A stretch of DNA of 59,999 nucleotides, the filler included, from Sphacelaria rigidula (lineage: Eukaryota), in the NCBI GenBank assembly GCA_964200075.2. It is 5 parts of 5 records of this genome, joined end to end, with 100 filler letters (N's around TTAATTAATTAA, not from the genome) between each part and the next. Parts side by side here need not be neighbours in the genome. Positions count along the whole stretch, not along the records: positions 36,062 to 47,980 come from CAXNAA020004338.1; positions 48,081 to 59,999 come from CAXNAA020004339.1; 3 more parts are not named here. One strand, given 5' to 3'. The notes under the pieces are model-generated. The model was not told the DNA's origin and did no database searches. It was given only the letters and a program-made list of their open reading frames with translations. Both the position numbers and the translations under genes were made by a program. Position 1 is the stretch's first letter; each line of letters starts with the position of its first letter. Below are positions 39,501 to 52,700 of the stretch, one piece after another.

Positions 39501-42500
39501 ATCAGTTCGCTTCGGGTCGTTCAATCTTAGCAAGATGCTGCTCATCCTTCATGCGACTCGCCGAGCTTACCATGGCGCTTCGTGCCTGAGTACGAGATTG
39601 GTCCAGCGAAAACCCGGCGTGTTCCGTCCGGGCTTTGTAGGGACGCGTGGTCAATTATTCAATGAATATGACATGCATGATGGAGAGTCCCCCTCCCCAA
39701 CCCCCTCTCCTGCATTGAAATGTACCAAACAGCTTACCTTGACAAGACCACGATCCATGGTCACATCGACCACACTCTTTTCCAAGTCGACCCCCAGGAT
39801 GCGCACCTGTGAGATTCATCAGTAGACGCAAGTGAGTGAGTGCTCATCATGGCGGCTAAACCACTGCTTACTAGGAACAACGATGACAACGACTGACCCG
39901 CGAAGAATGGCTCAGCAAATCTGCATCAAAGACAACGGACCCATCATTGGGACGACGGCCTTCAGTCAATTTGACACTTTAGTTACATCAAAGTCCGATC
40001 CACATACCTTGACCTCAAGCCCTCCCTCCAACCCTTCGGGCGCGTGCACTAACGGACACACCATGAGCTGTCCATACATCAAGTCGCCTTCGCGCTTTTT
40101 TTTAGAGGCACGGCCACCCTTGAGCACAATCCCGTATTCCTTCACGGCCACCACGGTGGCGCTACAAGTATTTCCGAACTGAACATGTCCGTACAGAGGA
40201 GTTCCGTTTCCCGCTTCCGCGGGAATTTTCTTCTCAGGGTCACTGATGTCCTTCATGAATGCCCCGAAGGTTTCCGAGAGGAGGGTACGGAGATATAGCC
40301 CGTCCGAGGACGGTACGTTCGACCTGCAGAGGACGAGAGACGCGCGCCCCGAGTCCATATCTACCCGCTTCACCATGCACCTGAATTCCACACAACAAAG
40401 ACAGCAGATGCAAGTTTCACATCGGACGATCAGCGTGACCCCTGCATCTCCCTCCGTGAAATAAAAACATCAACGCGTCTTTCGCCATACGTTGATGAGA
40501 AACCTACGCTCCATGGGTCACGTTGAGCAGGGAAGGGACATGGCCATGTGATCAGCAACGGCTCCAGGATGTAAAACCAAGCAATGTCGCGGTATACCCA
40601 GTTTTCGCAGAGAAGCTTTTTATGTCACGTACACACGGCAATTCCTTGAATCCAATCAAACCCTAACCCTAACCCTCACCCTAACCCTAAAACCGAGCTA
40701 CAGGGAGAAAGTCCGTCATTACATCGCGGCAGTAGCGCTTCACCACTGGACCCAACACCGGATCACGATGGGGCGCAGCGGGCAGGACAAGACACACCTC
40801 ACGCACAGCATTTTGACTTGATGTAACATACAGTGCTCAGCGACATCATCACAAACAGTGTGAGGCACTGTGGAGGTGAATCACTGATATAGTCAACAAT
40901 ACAAACTGCCCCCTCCACAATGGCTTACTCCTAAAACCCTCACCAAACACTGTCGCCCTCCCCGAACATGCCCGTAGGATCCTCCACCCTTTTGTCATCC
41001 ACCAACGCCCGTGGAGCGAGTCCCGTGAAGCCTCCCAGAAACCTCACGAATACACCAAACGTCTCCACCCTAGAGACAAAACCCGCCACGAGGTCACCCG
41101 GGGACAAATCGGAAAGTCCCCGCGGCATAAACGCCTCTTGCTTACCACCGTCAACCTTTTTTTTATCCGGTGACTCGCTGGTGACGAAGAGGTGCTGGTC
41201 CGACGTTGCAGAGCGCAGAAGCAGGGGCTTGATGGACAAAAGTGGCACGCCCCGTCGGTCGATCTCAACCACCAACAATCGATTCAAAACAGTACCTGGA
41301 CGTAGCCTGGCAGCCAGGGTTTCGTTACAGACGGAGGCGTGATCTCCCAGATGGGCGTGGGGCAAAAAACCGATCAGGTCACCAGACTCTGACTTGATAT
41401 CGATCAAAACATGTCCCGGTCTTCTGGACGCTTTGCTCGACACCGTGCCTGACGCTATGTGCCCCGGTTGAAGGGGACATGGCACGGTCTTCTGTTCTCC
41501 CTGCCATCAGTACCGCAAAAATTGGGAGGGATAGTGGATACAGCGCGTAGTTGGCAAGCCGTGGAAGCGCGTCAACAAACGTCCTCCTCTTAATCTTGCG
41601 GAAACTCCTGGAGACTATGAGCGGACTACACCCAATGGGTACATGAACGAACACACGAGTACGAAGGAGAAAATTGAGAGTCGGGGAATTAAATCATCTG
41701 GTCGGCAGTACTTCATGACGGAGCTATTTCCGACTGCCGGTGACCTTTCTGACCAACAGAAAATGGGTTATAAAAAGCCGTCCAATTTTGATGCGGTATG
41801 CGAAACTTGCTGGACCACTGACAATAGAGGCGGCACGGTGACCGTTTCCTTTCTTCCCAACACCACACAAATAGACATCAAAAGCAACATACATCGCTTG
41901 ACACAATTTCCATATTTTGCCGAAGCCCTGTGACTCGGAGCTCGTGGTGTGGATATACTGTAGATGTATCTACATACAAAATCCCAGTCAAGATCGGCGA
42001 ATGTGGAATTAACACAACTGCCTCGCAGCCCGAAGATTGTCGTCCGGGACCGCCAAGGTACGTTCGCACAGCATGTTCACGTCCCGGATTGATATATTCC
42101 GAGGATATTAGAGGGACGCCGGACCATTCCCCTTCGTCCGCGGGCACACGGACGTCCATCACATGTCGCATCACTTTGGTATTACTTCAAGGAACAAACG
42201 CTTAGTCTTCATCCAACGTCCAAGATGACGTCGTGACGACACAATGACTTCAGCGTACCTCTTGTGCTCCCGTCGTATCGGTCCCGCCGGCCACGTCCAG
42301 TCCAAGGGACACCCTCGGCGGGTACCCGGTAACGTCCAGTCTTCTCACCACGCAGCCGACCACCTGGAGCCGGTAACCATTTCGGGGAAATAATTGTACA
42401 TGGCGATTTTCGATACGAGCAAGACGGGGTCCACAAAATAAAAATCTTACCTCCCACAGGACCTAGCACAACCCTGTTGAAGGTAGGCATTCACCTGGTG

Positions 42501-45500
42501 GGAGCTTCAAGAACCGTGACGAACCAAACACGATCATGTCTTGTCTTTCCGGTATGAAGGGGAGGGGATGGGGAGGTGTACTGATGATCATGCACGCCAC
42601 AGTCGTCTGACCATTGGCCTCGCGAAGCGCCGTGGTGTGCTCGGCGAGTCACATAAATGGTCGAGTATACGCTGCCCCAAGGGCATTTCACCACATTGAG
42701 ACTACATTGGGGTTCTCCCATGCCACACAACATGATCTAGCCTGACCACCATCATGGCTACCGCAAAAAAGAAAAACGGTAACCTGGTTGCCTAACTCCC
42801 GCAACGCCAACCCCATCGGGGATTCGTCTTTACAAAGACGGGACAAGGCACGCCGGGTTTTCGCCGAACCAGGCTGGGGGAGGGTAGGGGGGGTTGTACC
42901 ATGACTTCGTCAATCATCTCACCGTTCCAGCTACCCTTCAGTTTGCAATGGTAGTCTGTGGCAATGAGTCATGGACACCGCCTTGGGAAGCTTTCCACGA
43001 GAGGTGGCAAATCTCTTTAGTTTCTTGCTAAAGCGAGCTTGTCAATGAGGAGCAGCTGAACTAGAAGATGAAGACATTGCTCCGTGCTCATCTCTCTCGA
43101 GACAAGCACCTTAGAAGGCAGGTGGGGTGCCGACATGACAAAAAAACAACTCTCGTCCTGACCTTCTGTGTTACCTCGGGATGTGCTCACATATACCGAA
43201 AGGTGTAAACTGGCGTCCACAACAGATGGGATAAATAAAACACGCTGTTCTGGGTAAACGCAGGTCGACACTCGTCCCATATGCACACCCCTTTCTGCTA
43301 CGCAATCGGACAAGCTGGACTTACCGACTGCACAACTCTGCACAGAATATCACCATCAGATCACCTGGCCGACGGTGAAGGCCTCAGCCGGGTCTTCGAT
43401 GCCGTGACGAGCAAGCGACTTAGTGTGCAGCGTTCCGTACACGCCTCCGTAAAAAGCCACGTGTAGCCCGAACGGAGCGATCTTCGTCACAAAGCCCGTA
43501 CAAGCGACTCCTTCCTTTGCCTGAAGGCAACCATGAGAAGAAATATACGAAGAGAGCGTGGGCAAAAAACATCAATCGAAAACTTGAGAGAAAAGGGAAG
43601 TGCGACGGAGCACAGTAGTCACTATGCTGTAAAAAAAACAAGAACGGGCTGCCCTTGATCATCAAACCACATGAAAGAACTGGGTGTATCTTCCAAACAC
43701 AAGTGCAGACCGACGCCGAGAACAGAAATAGAGGTGTCTACGAGCGAAAAGATGAAGGACCTCAAGCGAAATATCAATCTTAAGCCGAAAAACAACAAAT
43801 GTGACAAAAAAAGCCAATCTCACGATCAGTCGATGTGCAACAATCAGTCAATCAATCAACTTCCTCCTCCACTGGACCTCGATCACGACAAGATAACCTT
43901 CTCCGTGCCACTCACGTTGCAGCATCGATGACCTTTATCAGATGCTGCACACCCTTGAAAAGGGAAGAAAACATAGTCAACTTTTCCACAAAGGATCTCG
44001 TCTGATACCCCATCCTACCATGAGAGTACCTCACCTCTTCATAAGTCGTGATTGGAGGTCTCTTGTCCTTGAGCATGGACCTTTTGAGAGTGATGGTGGC
44101 CCGGCTAGACGCCGCGTCCACCGAGAGCACCTTGCCTTTCACACGGGTACCCTCCTGTTCATGCACGCACGTAAGAGACGAACACACCCCGAAAATGGAG
44201 CAAGGTCAAAATAGGTTCGTTTGAAGTTTTCACAACTCAAGTCATTCCTATCCTCCAGAATTGCCACGAGGGTGATAATCCGCTGCGAGGATGACTGTAT
44301 CAGGCACTAGCGAGCGCGCCCAGCACGCGTTCAAGCTCGAATCAGCGCCCGTACTATTTGCTCATTATGTTCCTCTTTCTCAGCGCTCTTCAAAGCCCAG
44401 CCCTTATTCCCCCTCGCCACGGAAGGAATCCGTGGTATTGAGAGATACTGTATTTTTCGGGTGGCCCAGCGCTTCGACTGTCATGTATCAGGGCGGAGAG
44501 GACGTGAGTTCGATCCCCGATGCGTCGGGATTCCCCCATCAAGTGCTTGGTTCACAACGTCGAAGGCGTGGAGACGTGAGCAGGCAAAGAGCAGCTGAGT
44601 GGAATGTGTTCGACGAGAGTTGACGGGGTGCGGGAGTGCTGGCCCAACCCGCGACACCAAAAAACAACGGCTATAAGAACATGATTATCCCGCATTACAA
44701 AGCTGCCTGCAACATTCCAGCTCGTGATAAAAAAACCTAGGTAAGGGCTTGGGTCGGCAAAGTGCAGTAATAACAAGAAAAAAGCATCATTAGTGCGGTG
44801 AATGGTCAGAATGGCCAGGAGTCTTGTGTGACGTGAGGAGCCACATGTACATGTGGTGGCGACTGATTCAAATCAGGTGAAATGTCCAGGTATTTGGCTC
44901 AAGACGATCGAAGGTTACTCACTTGAAATGTGTACTCGACACAACTCTTTGATGTGGATGAGTAGGTCCGAAACTGCTTTATTGGTTTTCCGTGTGCTTG
45001 ATATTGTGCACAGTACACACGCGAATGCGGGTAAAGTGACATGACTTTGTCTTGTGTACGTCCAGATGACGTCCAGATGAGATCATGAATTGATGAATAT
45101 CCATCATCTATCGATCAATACCCGATGCTTCGTTTCTTGAAATTTCAACGTCAGCATGTGGAATGTGATGTCGTGAATCGATTCTTCAACTCGACATGAT
45201 ATCTAATGATAACACCTAGTGTAGCGATACCCGCGACCCCGCTCGATTGCTCGCGATCTAGTTCCTTGGCCTCTCACGAGGAATTAATTCTAGTCAGGGG
45301 GTGAAATCGTTCAGTATCTCAGCGATCTTGGTGGAATATAATCGTCATCCCCAAAAGGTCGAGAGTAGCAAATATATGATTACATCACTGATACTGCACA
45401 TAGTCACGGCTACCCTCTTGACCAAAGACGTAAACGGACGGGATATGCTGGTTCGTCTCGTCCTGTCGTCCCGTAACAGACCCCGATAAATATTTCGAAG

Positions 45501-47020
45501 ACCACGCTCTACTCACGAGAAGAAATCGGGGCTTTAGCACAGCACCTGTCCGACACGTCATCATATCGAGATACGTTCCAGCCTCTTTCTGCGAGTATGG
45601 TTGTGGTTATTCTTCTGTTGAAACTTATGACTAACTCGCATATACAGTGATGGGAGATGACTGGTTTATCGGGCTGTGATCATAGTATATTCCTAGTCAG
45701 GCTGTGATCATGCCAACACCCCAGTCATGAGAGGGCGGTGGACAGTCGTGCAGTATCTCAGCGATCTTGGTGGAATATAATCGTCATCCCCAAGAGGTCG
45801 AGAGTAGCAAATATACGATTACATCACTGATACTGCACATAGTCACGGCTACCCCCGTGAAAACAGACTTGAACGGACGGGATATGCCGGTCCGTCTCAT
45901 CCTGTCGTCCGGTAGCAGACCCCGATGGGAATTGTACTGTAGCCAATATTTCGAAGACCATGCTTTTCTCACGAGAGAAGAACGGGGCTATAGGACAGCA
46001 CCTGTTACAAACATTGTTATGATCGGGATGCGTTCCAGCCCCTTTTTGCGCGTATGATTAATCCTGCTGTGAACATGACTTACTCGCAGATACAGTATTG
46101 AATATAACTGGTTTGTTGGACTGTGATCATGCCAACACCCCAGTCATGAGAGGGCGGTGGATGGATAATCGTGCAGTATCTCAGCGATCTTGGTGGAATA
46201 TAATCGTCATCCCTAGAAGGTCGAGAGTAGCAAATACACGATTACATCACTGATACTGCACTCATTGATACTGCTCAAAAACACACAGTTCTCCCCACAT
46301 ACTGCACTCGAATGGCGGTACAATAAATTCTCGCAAACTACTCCGCTACTTTACACCGTCATTAGAAATAGACGAAATACGTTGATCGATGGCCTCAATT
46401 TCAACTTCACGAAACCCTCACGAATTCGGCCATGGTGCAAGGGACGAGGGTACACGTTTTCCACGACAATAAACGGGAGCAGTCTCTATAAATCATTGAT
46501 TACAAGATATCACACCCTGAACAACAATGGGAACAGTGACGAAAAGTGCATCGAGCACTGTGTCCAATATGTTGCTTTCGCTACTCAAGATGAGGGATTC
46601 GATTGTCCCCTACTGCAAAGGGCATGTGACCACGGGAGGTGTCCGCAACAGATGACCAGCGAAGAATACTGCGCAGATATCGGAACGATTTTCGAATGTG
46701 AAGACAACAATAACAACAACTGCGCACAGCATACTTTTTTCATGTATGTTAAGCTGTGTCCGACATAAAAAAATTACAAAGTGGATAAGATACCAAGAAG
46801 AATTCTTAGGTTGCTCGAAGTGATCAGGTCGAATCTACACTTGACCAGTTTACGGCGTTGGCACCGACGGGCGATGATGAAGGAAAATGGCCAAACTTAT
46901 CACCTTGAACCTAGATTTTGGATTTTTAACAGCGGTGTCTCCGAGGTGGTTCTTCTGCACCAGCGCCCGCACCCCCTCTCCCAGCTTCACCAGAAGGCCG
47001 AACGACTCCACGGCGGACAC
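36579..47020 (-). CDS. RRP5: rRNA biogenesis protein RRP5/PDCD11 (tandem S1 domains), internal exons
   Basis: Frame-consistent AG/GT exons: 46904-47020, 44035-44154, 43365-43520, 42259-42363, 40944-41500, 40008-40380, 39738-39806, 38957-39094, 38438-38683 and 36579-36713 (last donor uncertain). Successive S1 motifs include VSAVESFGLLVKLGEGVRALV, VKGKVLSVD..RATITLKRSML, GFVTKIAPFGLHVAFYGGVYG, GFLPHAHLGDH and GDLVAGFVSRVETFGVFVRFLGGFTGLAP. Confidence 0.92.
40661..40690. repeat. Interstitial telomere-like (CCCTAA)n tract
   Basis: CCCTAACCCTAACCCTCACCCTAACCCTAA inside an RRP5 intron. Confidence 0.8.
45290..46262. repeat. ~430-bp tandem duplication (about 2.3 units) in an RRP5 intron
   Basis: CAGTATCTCAGCGATCTTGGTGGAATATAATCGTCATCCC recurs at ~45312, 45751 and 46174. 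Confidence 0.88.
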
Positions 47021-47249
47021 CTGCAACCGAATTATCCAAGAGTAAACACAATTTTTGTTAGCCGCTGGGGAGTACGGCACTCGTTGATGGGACGGGCCGT
47101 GTTGATCCGCGCTCACGATGCAAAAGAGAAAAAAGAACAAGTGTGCTTACCCACATACATGATCGAAGAATAGTGCTCACCCAATCATGGATCACCCTCC
47201 AAGTATATCAAGACTGCCCCAACACTAAAGCATGATTGAATACACGAAA

Positions 47250-47614
47250 GTGTGTGTGTGTGTTGCCATCCCGTTTACTCTGGACGCCAGTCTAGAACTT
47301 TCGGTATGCGTGGGCGCATCAGCCGGGGTCACACAGGAGGATGGCCGACACAGGCGCCTTCTCTTTCTTCTGTTGTTTTAGTACTTCACCTTCCTTTTGC
47401 GGTGCTCGCCTCAATTTTTATCGCGAGAGGAGTTCAGCAGTCCCCTTCCCTCGTCGACCGTTACGTCGAATTTTGTGTACCCACGACATGGTCGTTCTCC
47501 ACTGTTGGGTATGGTGTGAGAAAAAATCCCACATCGTGACTGCACCGAGATTCGAACCCGACCCAACAGTCAGAGGGTTTCGAGATCAACAACTGAGCCA
47601 CCGGAGCGACCGGT
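47250..47614 (-). mobile_element. tRNA-derived SINE copy (near full length)
   Basis: The reverse complement starts CCGGTCGCTCCGGTGGCTCAGTTG...GGGTTCGAATCTCGGTGCAGTCAC and shares its body and CA tail with the copies at 2983 and 7605. A 3' fragment also lies at ~43160-43232. Confidence 0.85.
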
Positions 47615-47886
47615 CGAAGAGTGTGCCCGAAATAGTCATGCCAGCTTTCATGAGGTATCAAAATAGGTGTAATATAGTATGCCATAGTTCAAGACATAAA
47701 GTAGCACTCCCAAGTAAAACGTAACACAAGAATAGATTAGTTTACTCCCCAGTAATAATGGAGTAACGATAGTAGTAAGTGGTGAGCCACAGCTAGCGCT
47801 GTGCGTGATGCACTCGAGTTGTGGTGCACAGATGTGGGTCAGTCGTAAGCTATCATCACTCCTGTCGAGCGAGCAGAGATCCTTCA

Positions 47887-47980
47887 CGAGCTGGGCCAGC
47901 CTAGAGGCTGCATGAACGTGTGCAGGCGGATGCGCCGGCCAATATTTGGATTTAGACCCTGAAATTTGGTATGGATAATG
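47887..47980 (+). mobile_element. End of a pogo-like element (same TIR as 11224)
   Basis: CGAGCTGGGCCAGCCTAGAGGC is identical to 11224-11245, and similarity continues for ~90 bp to the contig end. Confidence 0.75.
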
Positions 47981-48080
47981 NNNNNNNNNNNNNNNNNNNN
48001 NNNNNNNNNNNNNNNNNNNNNNNNTTAATTAATTAANNNNNNNNNNNNNNNNNNNNNNNNNNNNNNNNNNNNNNNNNNNN
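47981..48080. other. Artificial contig linker
   Basis: N-run with TTAATTAATTAA. Confidence 0.99.
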
Positions 48081-48801
48081 CCAATATGAGGCGCTTCATG
48101 CAGCCTCAACCCGAACATCAGGCGCTGTATGGCCACTTTTTTCGCGACACCTTTAGCTGGTTTTGGGGGGGGGGGGCTATCGTAGAAAGTGTCGATATGC
48201 GTGTCGGCTAGCTAGGATGCTGACTGGATGGGGTAGAGAAATGCGGGAATAATCCACAGGTAGGTGTACTCGTGGTGGTGTCGCATCAAGTGTCATTACT
48301 TTTACTTTTACCGGTGCTGCGAGGCTGAACCTACGCATTGAGTTTCAATCTTATCCAGCTAAAGGGACTGCGGACTCAAGTACGCACGACAGCGCATAGA
48401 CAGCTGCCAGGACTGCTACATACTGTATTCTGGACATAGATTCTATTGAACGGATCAATGAAGTAAACAAGGGTGACGCCCTAAGAAAAGGACCCAACAT
48501 GATGATCTTGCCGTAGCCATAAGATCTTGCCGTAGCCATAAGATGCACCTGCACCTTGGCGTCGCTCCCGGATGTGCCATGTGCCATGTGCCATGTGCCA
48601 TGTGCCATGAAAACGCGTCTCACCGTATATCGTCCTCAACCGTATACTCTCTGATGAGAAGCAAAGGACGTTTGAAAATATGAAATAATGTCTCCCATGT
48701 AAGCTGTCACAACACGCATGTGCAACAAACAACTTGGCGGAAACGAAGCAATCAAAGGCAATGACAACGACACAGGTGTTGGAGCGAATGCGAGGCCGTA
48801 C

Positions 48802-49788
48802 CTGTCTTGGTGTTGCCTATCTTGAAGGTATGCTAGCGTGCTTTTCAGCATTCCCGGCAGCCTCTCCTCTTCGTTGTGTGCAGGTATAACCACGGTCAGT
48901 GTCTTGCTCGGCCCATCCATGGGCAACGGAAAATGTTCGCTTTTTACCTGTGATCTGCTCAAAACACGACGACGATGAAGACAACAACAAGAGCAACGAC
49001 AGGCGCAAGATGGATCTGGGGTCCAATACCGCGCAGTGCGGTCTTCAGGTAGCCGAGTCATGGCCTCTTTGCACGGCCTTGCCTTTTGTGCGGCAACCTT
49101 GCCTCAAGTTCTCACAAGGGGCCTTAACGTGTTCTTTGCTCGGGATCGCTATCACTCTCCAGCCCGAATGTATGACTTTACTCTGGCGCTTTCCGTTTTA
49201 CGGCCTCTCTTATTCATTTTCCCTCGTTCTCTCGAGCTTCTTCAAGCGAGTGTTTTTGCTTCGTCTCGTGTCCACGGCAGGAGGATGACTCGGAGGGGAT
49301 AAATTCATGTACAATCCATCGATTACTGAATCAGGCGGGTGCTTGTGCGCCTTGGCCCATGTAAGCCACACTTCCCAACATCCTAAATTTTCGGCAGGGT
49401 TGACAGTATACGTGCAATATGAAATCAGCATGTACAGTAATTACGCGACGTGAAAAACAACTGGCCTGTACAACGTGTTCCAGCGCCCATCTGTGTACCT
49501 GTATCCTCACCCATCAGCGCCGATATGCCAAAACTTGTCTTCGGATGCATAGTGGTGCAACGCTGTGCCTGTCCGTGCCTCATATAAAGGCTGCACCATC
49601 CACATGCACAAAGCCGGAATAACGGCGACGATGACTGCAAGGATGCCTGCGCCAATGACTGAAAACCCTTGCTTCGGGAAAAAGAGAAAATGTCGTGATT
49701 TGCCCCCGCTCATTCCTGTTCCCGATGCTGCCGTGCTTGATGCTGTGTGCGATGCTGCCGCCCGTTTGCTCCGTGTTGTCACCGCCAT
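48802..49788 (-). CDS. ALG5: Dolichyl-phosphate beta-glucosyltransferase (GT2), first two exons
   Basis: Exon 49511-49788 (ATG; MAVTTRSKR...TM segment FSVIGAGILAVIVAVIPALCMWMV; GG|GTGAG, phase 2) joins exon 48802-48954 (CAG acceptor; SQVKSEHFPLPMDGPSKTLTVVIPAHNEEERLPGMLKSTLAYLQDRQHQD; AG|GTAC). An N-terminal TM plus FP...P...LTVVIPA.NEE.RLP.ML is the ALG5 pattern. Confidence 0.85.
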
Positions 49789-52700
49789 GCCAGCAGAAAC
49801 AATCGCCGACAGCTCGTGCGGTAGAGCGAGGAAGTGTGTCGGAGCGGTCGCTGATGACACGGGCGAGTGGACAAGGGAGAAGTGGTTGGTGTATTGCTTG
49901 ATCGCCGCACTGTGGCACTGCTGCACAATAGCGCATGCGCTGCGAATCCAGCCGTGGTGACACGATACATGTGCCCAAGGCAAGTCAACGGAAGCACTCG
50001 CTCGATAAAACTTGAAAAAAACGAGGCAAAATGGAGAAGAAACAATGAGATATTGAGCAGAACAAACTGGCCTAGACACCTCTAGAGCTCCAATATTAAT
50101 CCCAGAGCAAAACACACCCGACAATCCTCCCCAAGGCTTCAGGGTAAGGAAGCGGTACAAAAGAGGGAGGCCGTGGACGCAGGTTGCGACTCAGCTATCT
50201 GCAGTCCGTGCTATGTAGGTGGGGAGTCTCTGCTCCCGACTATGCGGGAAAGCTACAATGCTACTGTAGTGGGTCACCAACAGGGCGAACCGACCCACAC
50301 CTGGCTCAAGATTAAGAGTTATTCAGAGTTCTTCAACAAACCCAAGTGCAACAAAAGGGCCGAGAGTATTATCGGCATCGACTGAAAAACAAAGTGTTCG
50401 CCTAAATACAAGTATGTTGGCCGGGTCAAAACTGCCCATTTTCTCCAAGATCATACGAGACCTAATAAACAACATATAGCGGGAAATAATCGCACAGGCG
50501 AGCACAAGGAGCACACACAGCAATATTCGATATTCTTCAAGAAAACAACACAAATTTGTCTTGTTCTTGTGCAATATTGAGACACATGCAACAAGCGATT
50601 ACTGAAAATGACCGCATGGACAACAGGGACCAAACGCGGGAGAAAATGCCGACATGCAAAAAAACACCGTGAGTACTCCAACCATAGCTCGTATGAAAAT
50701 TTGGTTCTTTTTGGTGACCCCCGTGGTATTGCGGCAAGCTGTACACAGGAAAGGTGCGAAAAAAGTACGAATGTAAGGGAGCCAAAAACGTTAGTTCGTC
50801 AATTTCATGTCACGTGTCGTCACTTCAATGTTTTAGACTTCAACGATGCAACAATCACATACAAGAACCATAGGCTCCTGGGACAAGCTGCACTGTGACT
50901 GCATCAACCCCTTCCTCCACGAGCCTATACAGTGACTCTAGCCGTGATTTGTTTCATCACTTCCGTACCTACCCCTTATGCTGGAGGAGCGGTCACCAGG
51001 TACCCTCCTCCGACGTAAGCTATCCGGTGGGCGGACAAGGATACTCCACGGATACATGTAGACGGTATTCTTCATTTGATTCTAACCATATTCGGTGCTA
51101 ACTCTTGAGTGAACGATGCACACGTCCGATCGCTCATGAGCCACCTGAAATAAGTAATCGAATACAGAACACGTGACAGCGTGTCGAAGAAGCCGAAGCA
51201 TTACCTTCCACTACACGGCGTGCTCGGTGTCCATCGGTGTCGGGAACTAATAGGGAAATAGTGAACAAATGAGCTAGCTCATGATCCGGATCAGAACTCT
51301 AATAACAAGTAATATGCAGGTAGCTCATGGGCTGTCCGACGTATGGATCCGTTCGTGCCGCCATTTACGCCGTACGGCTCTTGTTACATGTCTTGTTCGC
51401 GACAAAAATCTCCTCACTTTTCTCTACTTTTATGTACTTTCATGTACTTTTTTGTTATTTGCACGCTTTTTTGAGGAGGTCACGGCATGAACAACGCCGA
51501 CTGTCCACACGGATAGGTCGATTGATTGCATCATAAAAAGCGCAGGAATACGAGCACACGATTTTTGCGTTTTCTCCTTGCTTCTTGAACGCTCAACACC
51601 CACAGCTTACAGTTTACCCGGCCATACGGTGTTCATCGCATTTCGAAAACATGAAAACAGCTGAAGCCCCTGGATGTATTTAGTGTGTCATTCAGTGTAT
51701 AAGCAAAGAAAATAGAATCATCGAGCCACCCGCACCTGTTCCCAACCTCCTGCGGCCAACGCTCAAGCACCTGCTATGATCCTCACGGCTCACGCATACG
51801 GCTGCCGTCCTGATCAGACGTCAACATTGAATCGGAGGGAGAAACAAATGCGTACACGTGGACGACAACAACGTTGTCATATGTGTGACATGACATGATT
51901 TCAACACGCTTACGCAGATGACCAATAAATTTTGACAACTTTTCGTATCATACTGGTGAAGTATCTACAGTACAGTACCGTCGTACGTTGAATATCACCC
52001 TCAGTTGACACCACCGCGTGGTTATTTTTTGTTGTTTTCTTCTCACGTATAACTCCTCCCCCTCCTCGGGACGAATCGCAGTCCGTGGTCACAAGTGATC
52101 AATCCACCTCACCCTCGGCACACGTCATGACAGAGGATTGGATCATGACCACCACTCTCGCACCGTGTCGACTCTCATTAAACAAGCCTAAAACTTCTTG
52201 CTTTGCTTCTCGCGTCCTCACGTTTTAAAAACACCAAAATCAGATACTTCCAAGGAAAAAACGAAACGCAACTAGCGAGATTCAAACCCTCAATCTTCCC
52301 TCTGTCTTGCACGCTGCTTCACGCTCATCACGCAAAGTATGTTGATCGGCAAACTTCACGCCATTTTTTTGGAGCTAGATGCTGAGAATTTGCACACATA
52401 TACCATGGATTATTGCAAAACTTTCAATGGGCGACTTGTTTTTATTCCTAGAATTTTTTCACACGTTTCCAGGGATTCCTGGTTGTTGTGTGAACCCCGG
52501 AAACCGGTTAAAAATCCAAAAGTACAAAAACACTTTGTCCATTGGAAGTTCTGCAATGACCCGTGCTCCATGTGTGCGAATTCTCAGCGTCTAGCTCCAA
52601 AACAATGGCGTGAAGTTTTCCGCCTCCGTGCGATGAAGTTTTCCGCACCGGGAGCAACTTCCTAACTACTTGAGTTTAGTATGAAAAAAGTCTTTTTCGG

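Noticed and set aside
47540..47614. Functional tRNA gene
   Set aside because: A degenerate cloverleaf attached to a SINE body found in several copies.
11922..48080. TTAATTAATTAA within N-runs every ~12 kb
   Set aside because: Artificial linkers. Segment lengths of 11921, 11921, 11919, 11919 and 11919 indicate size-sorted unrelated contigs, so no cross-segment gene neighbourhood can be inferred.
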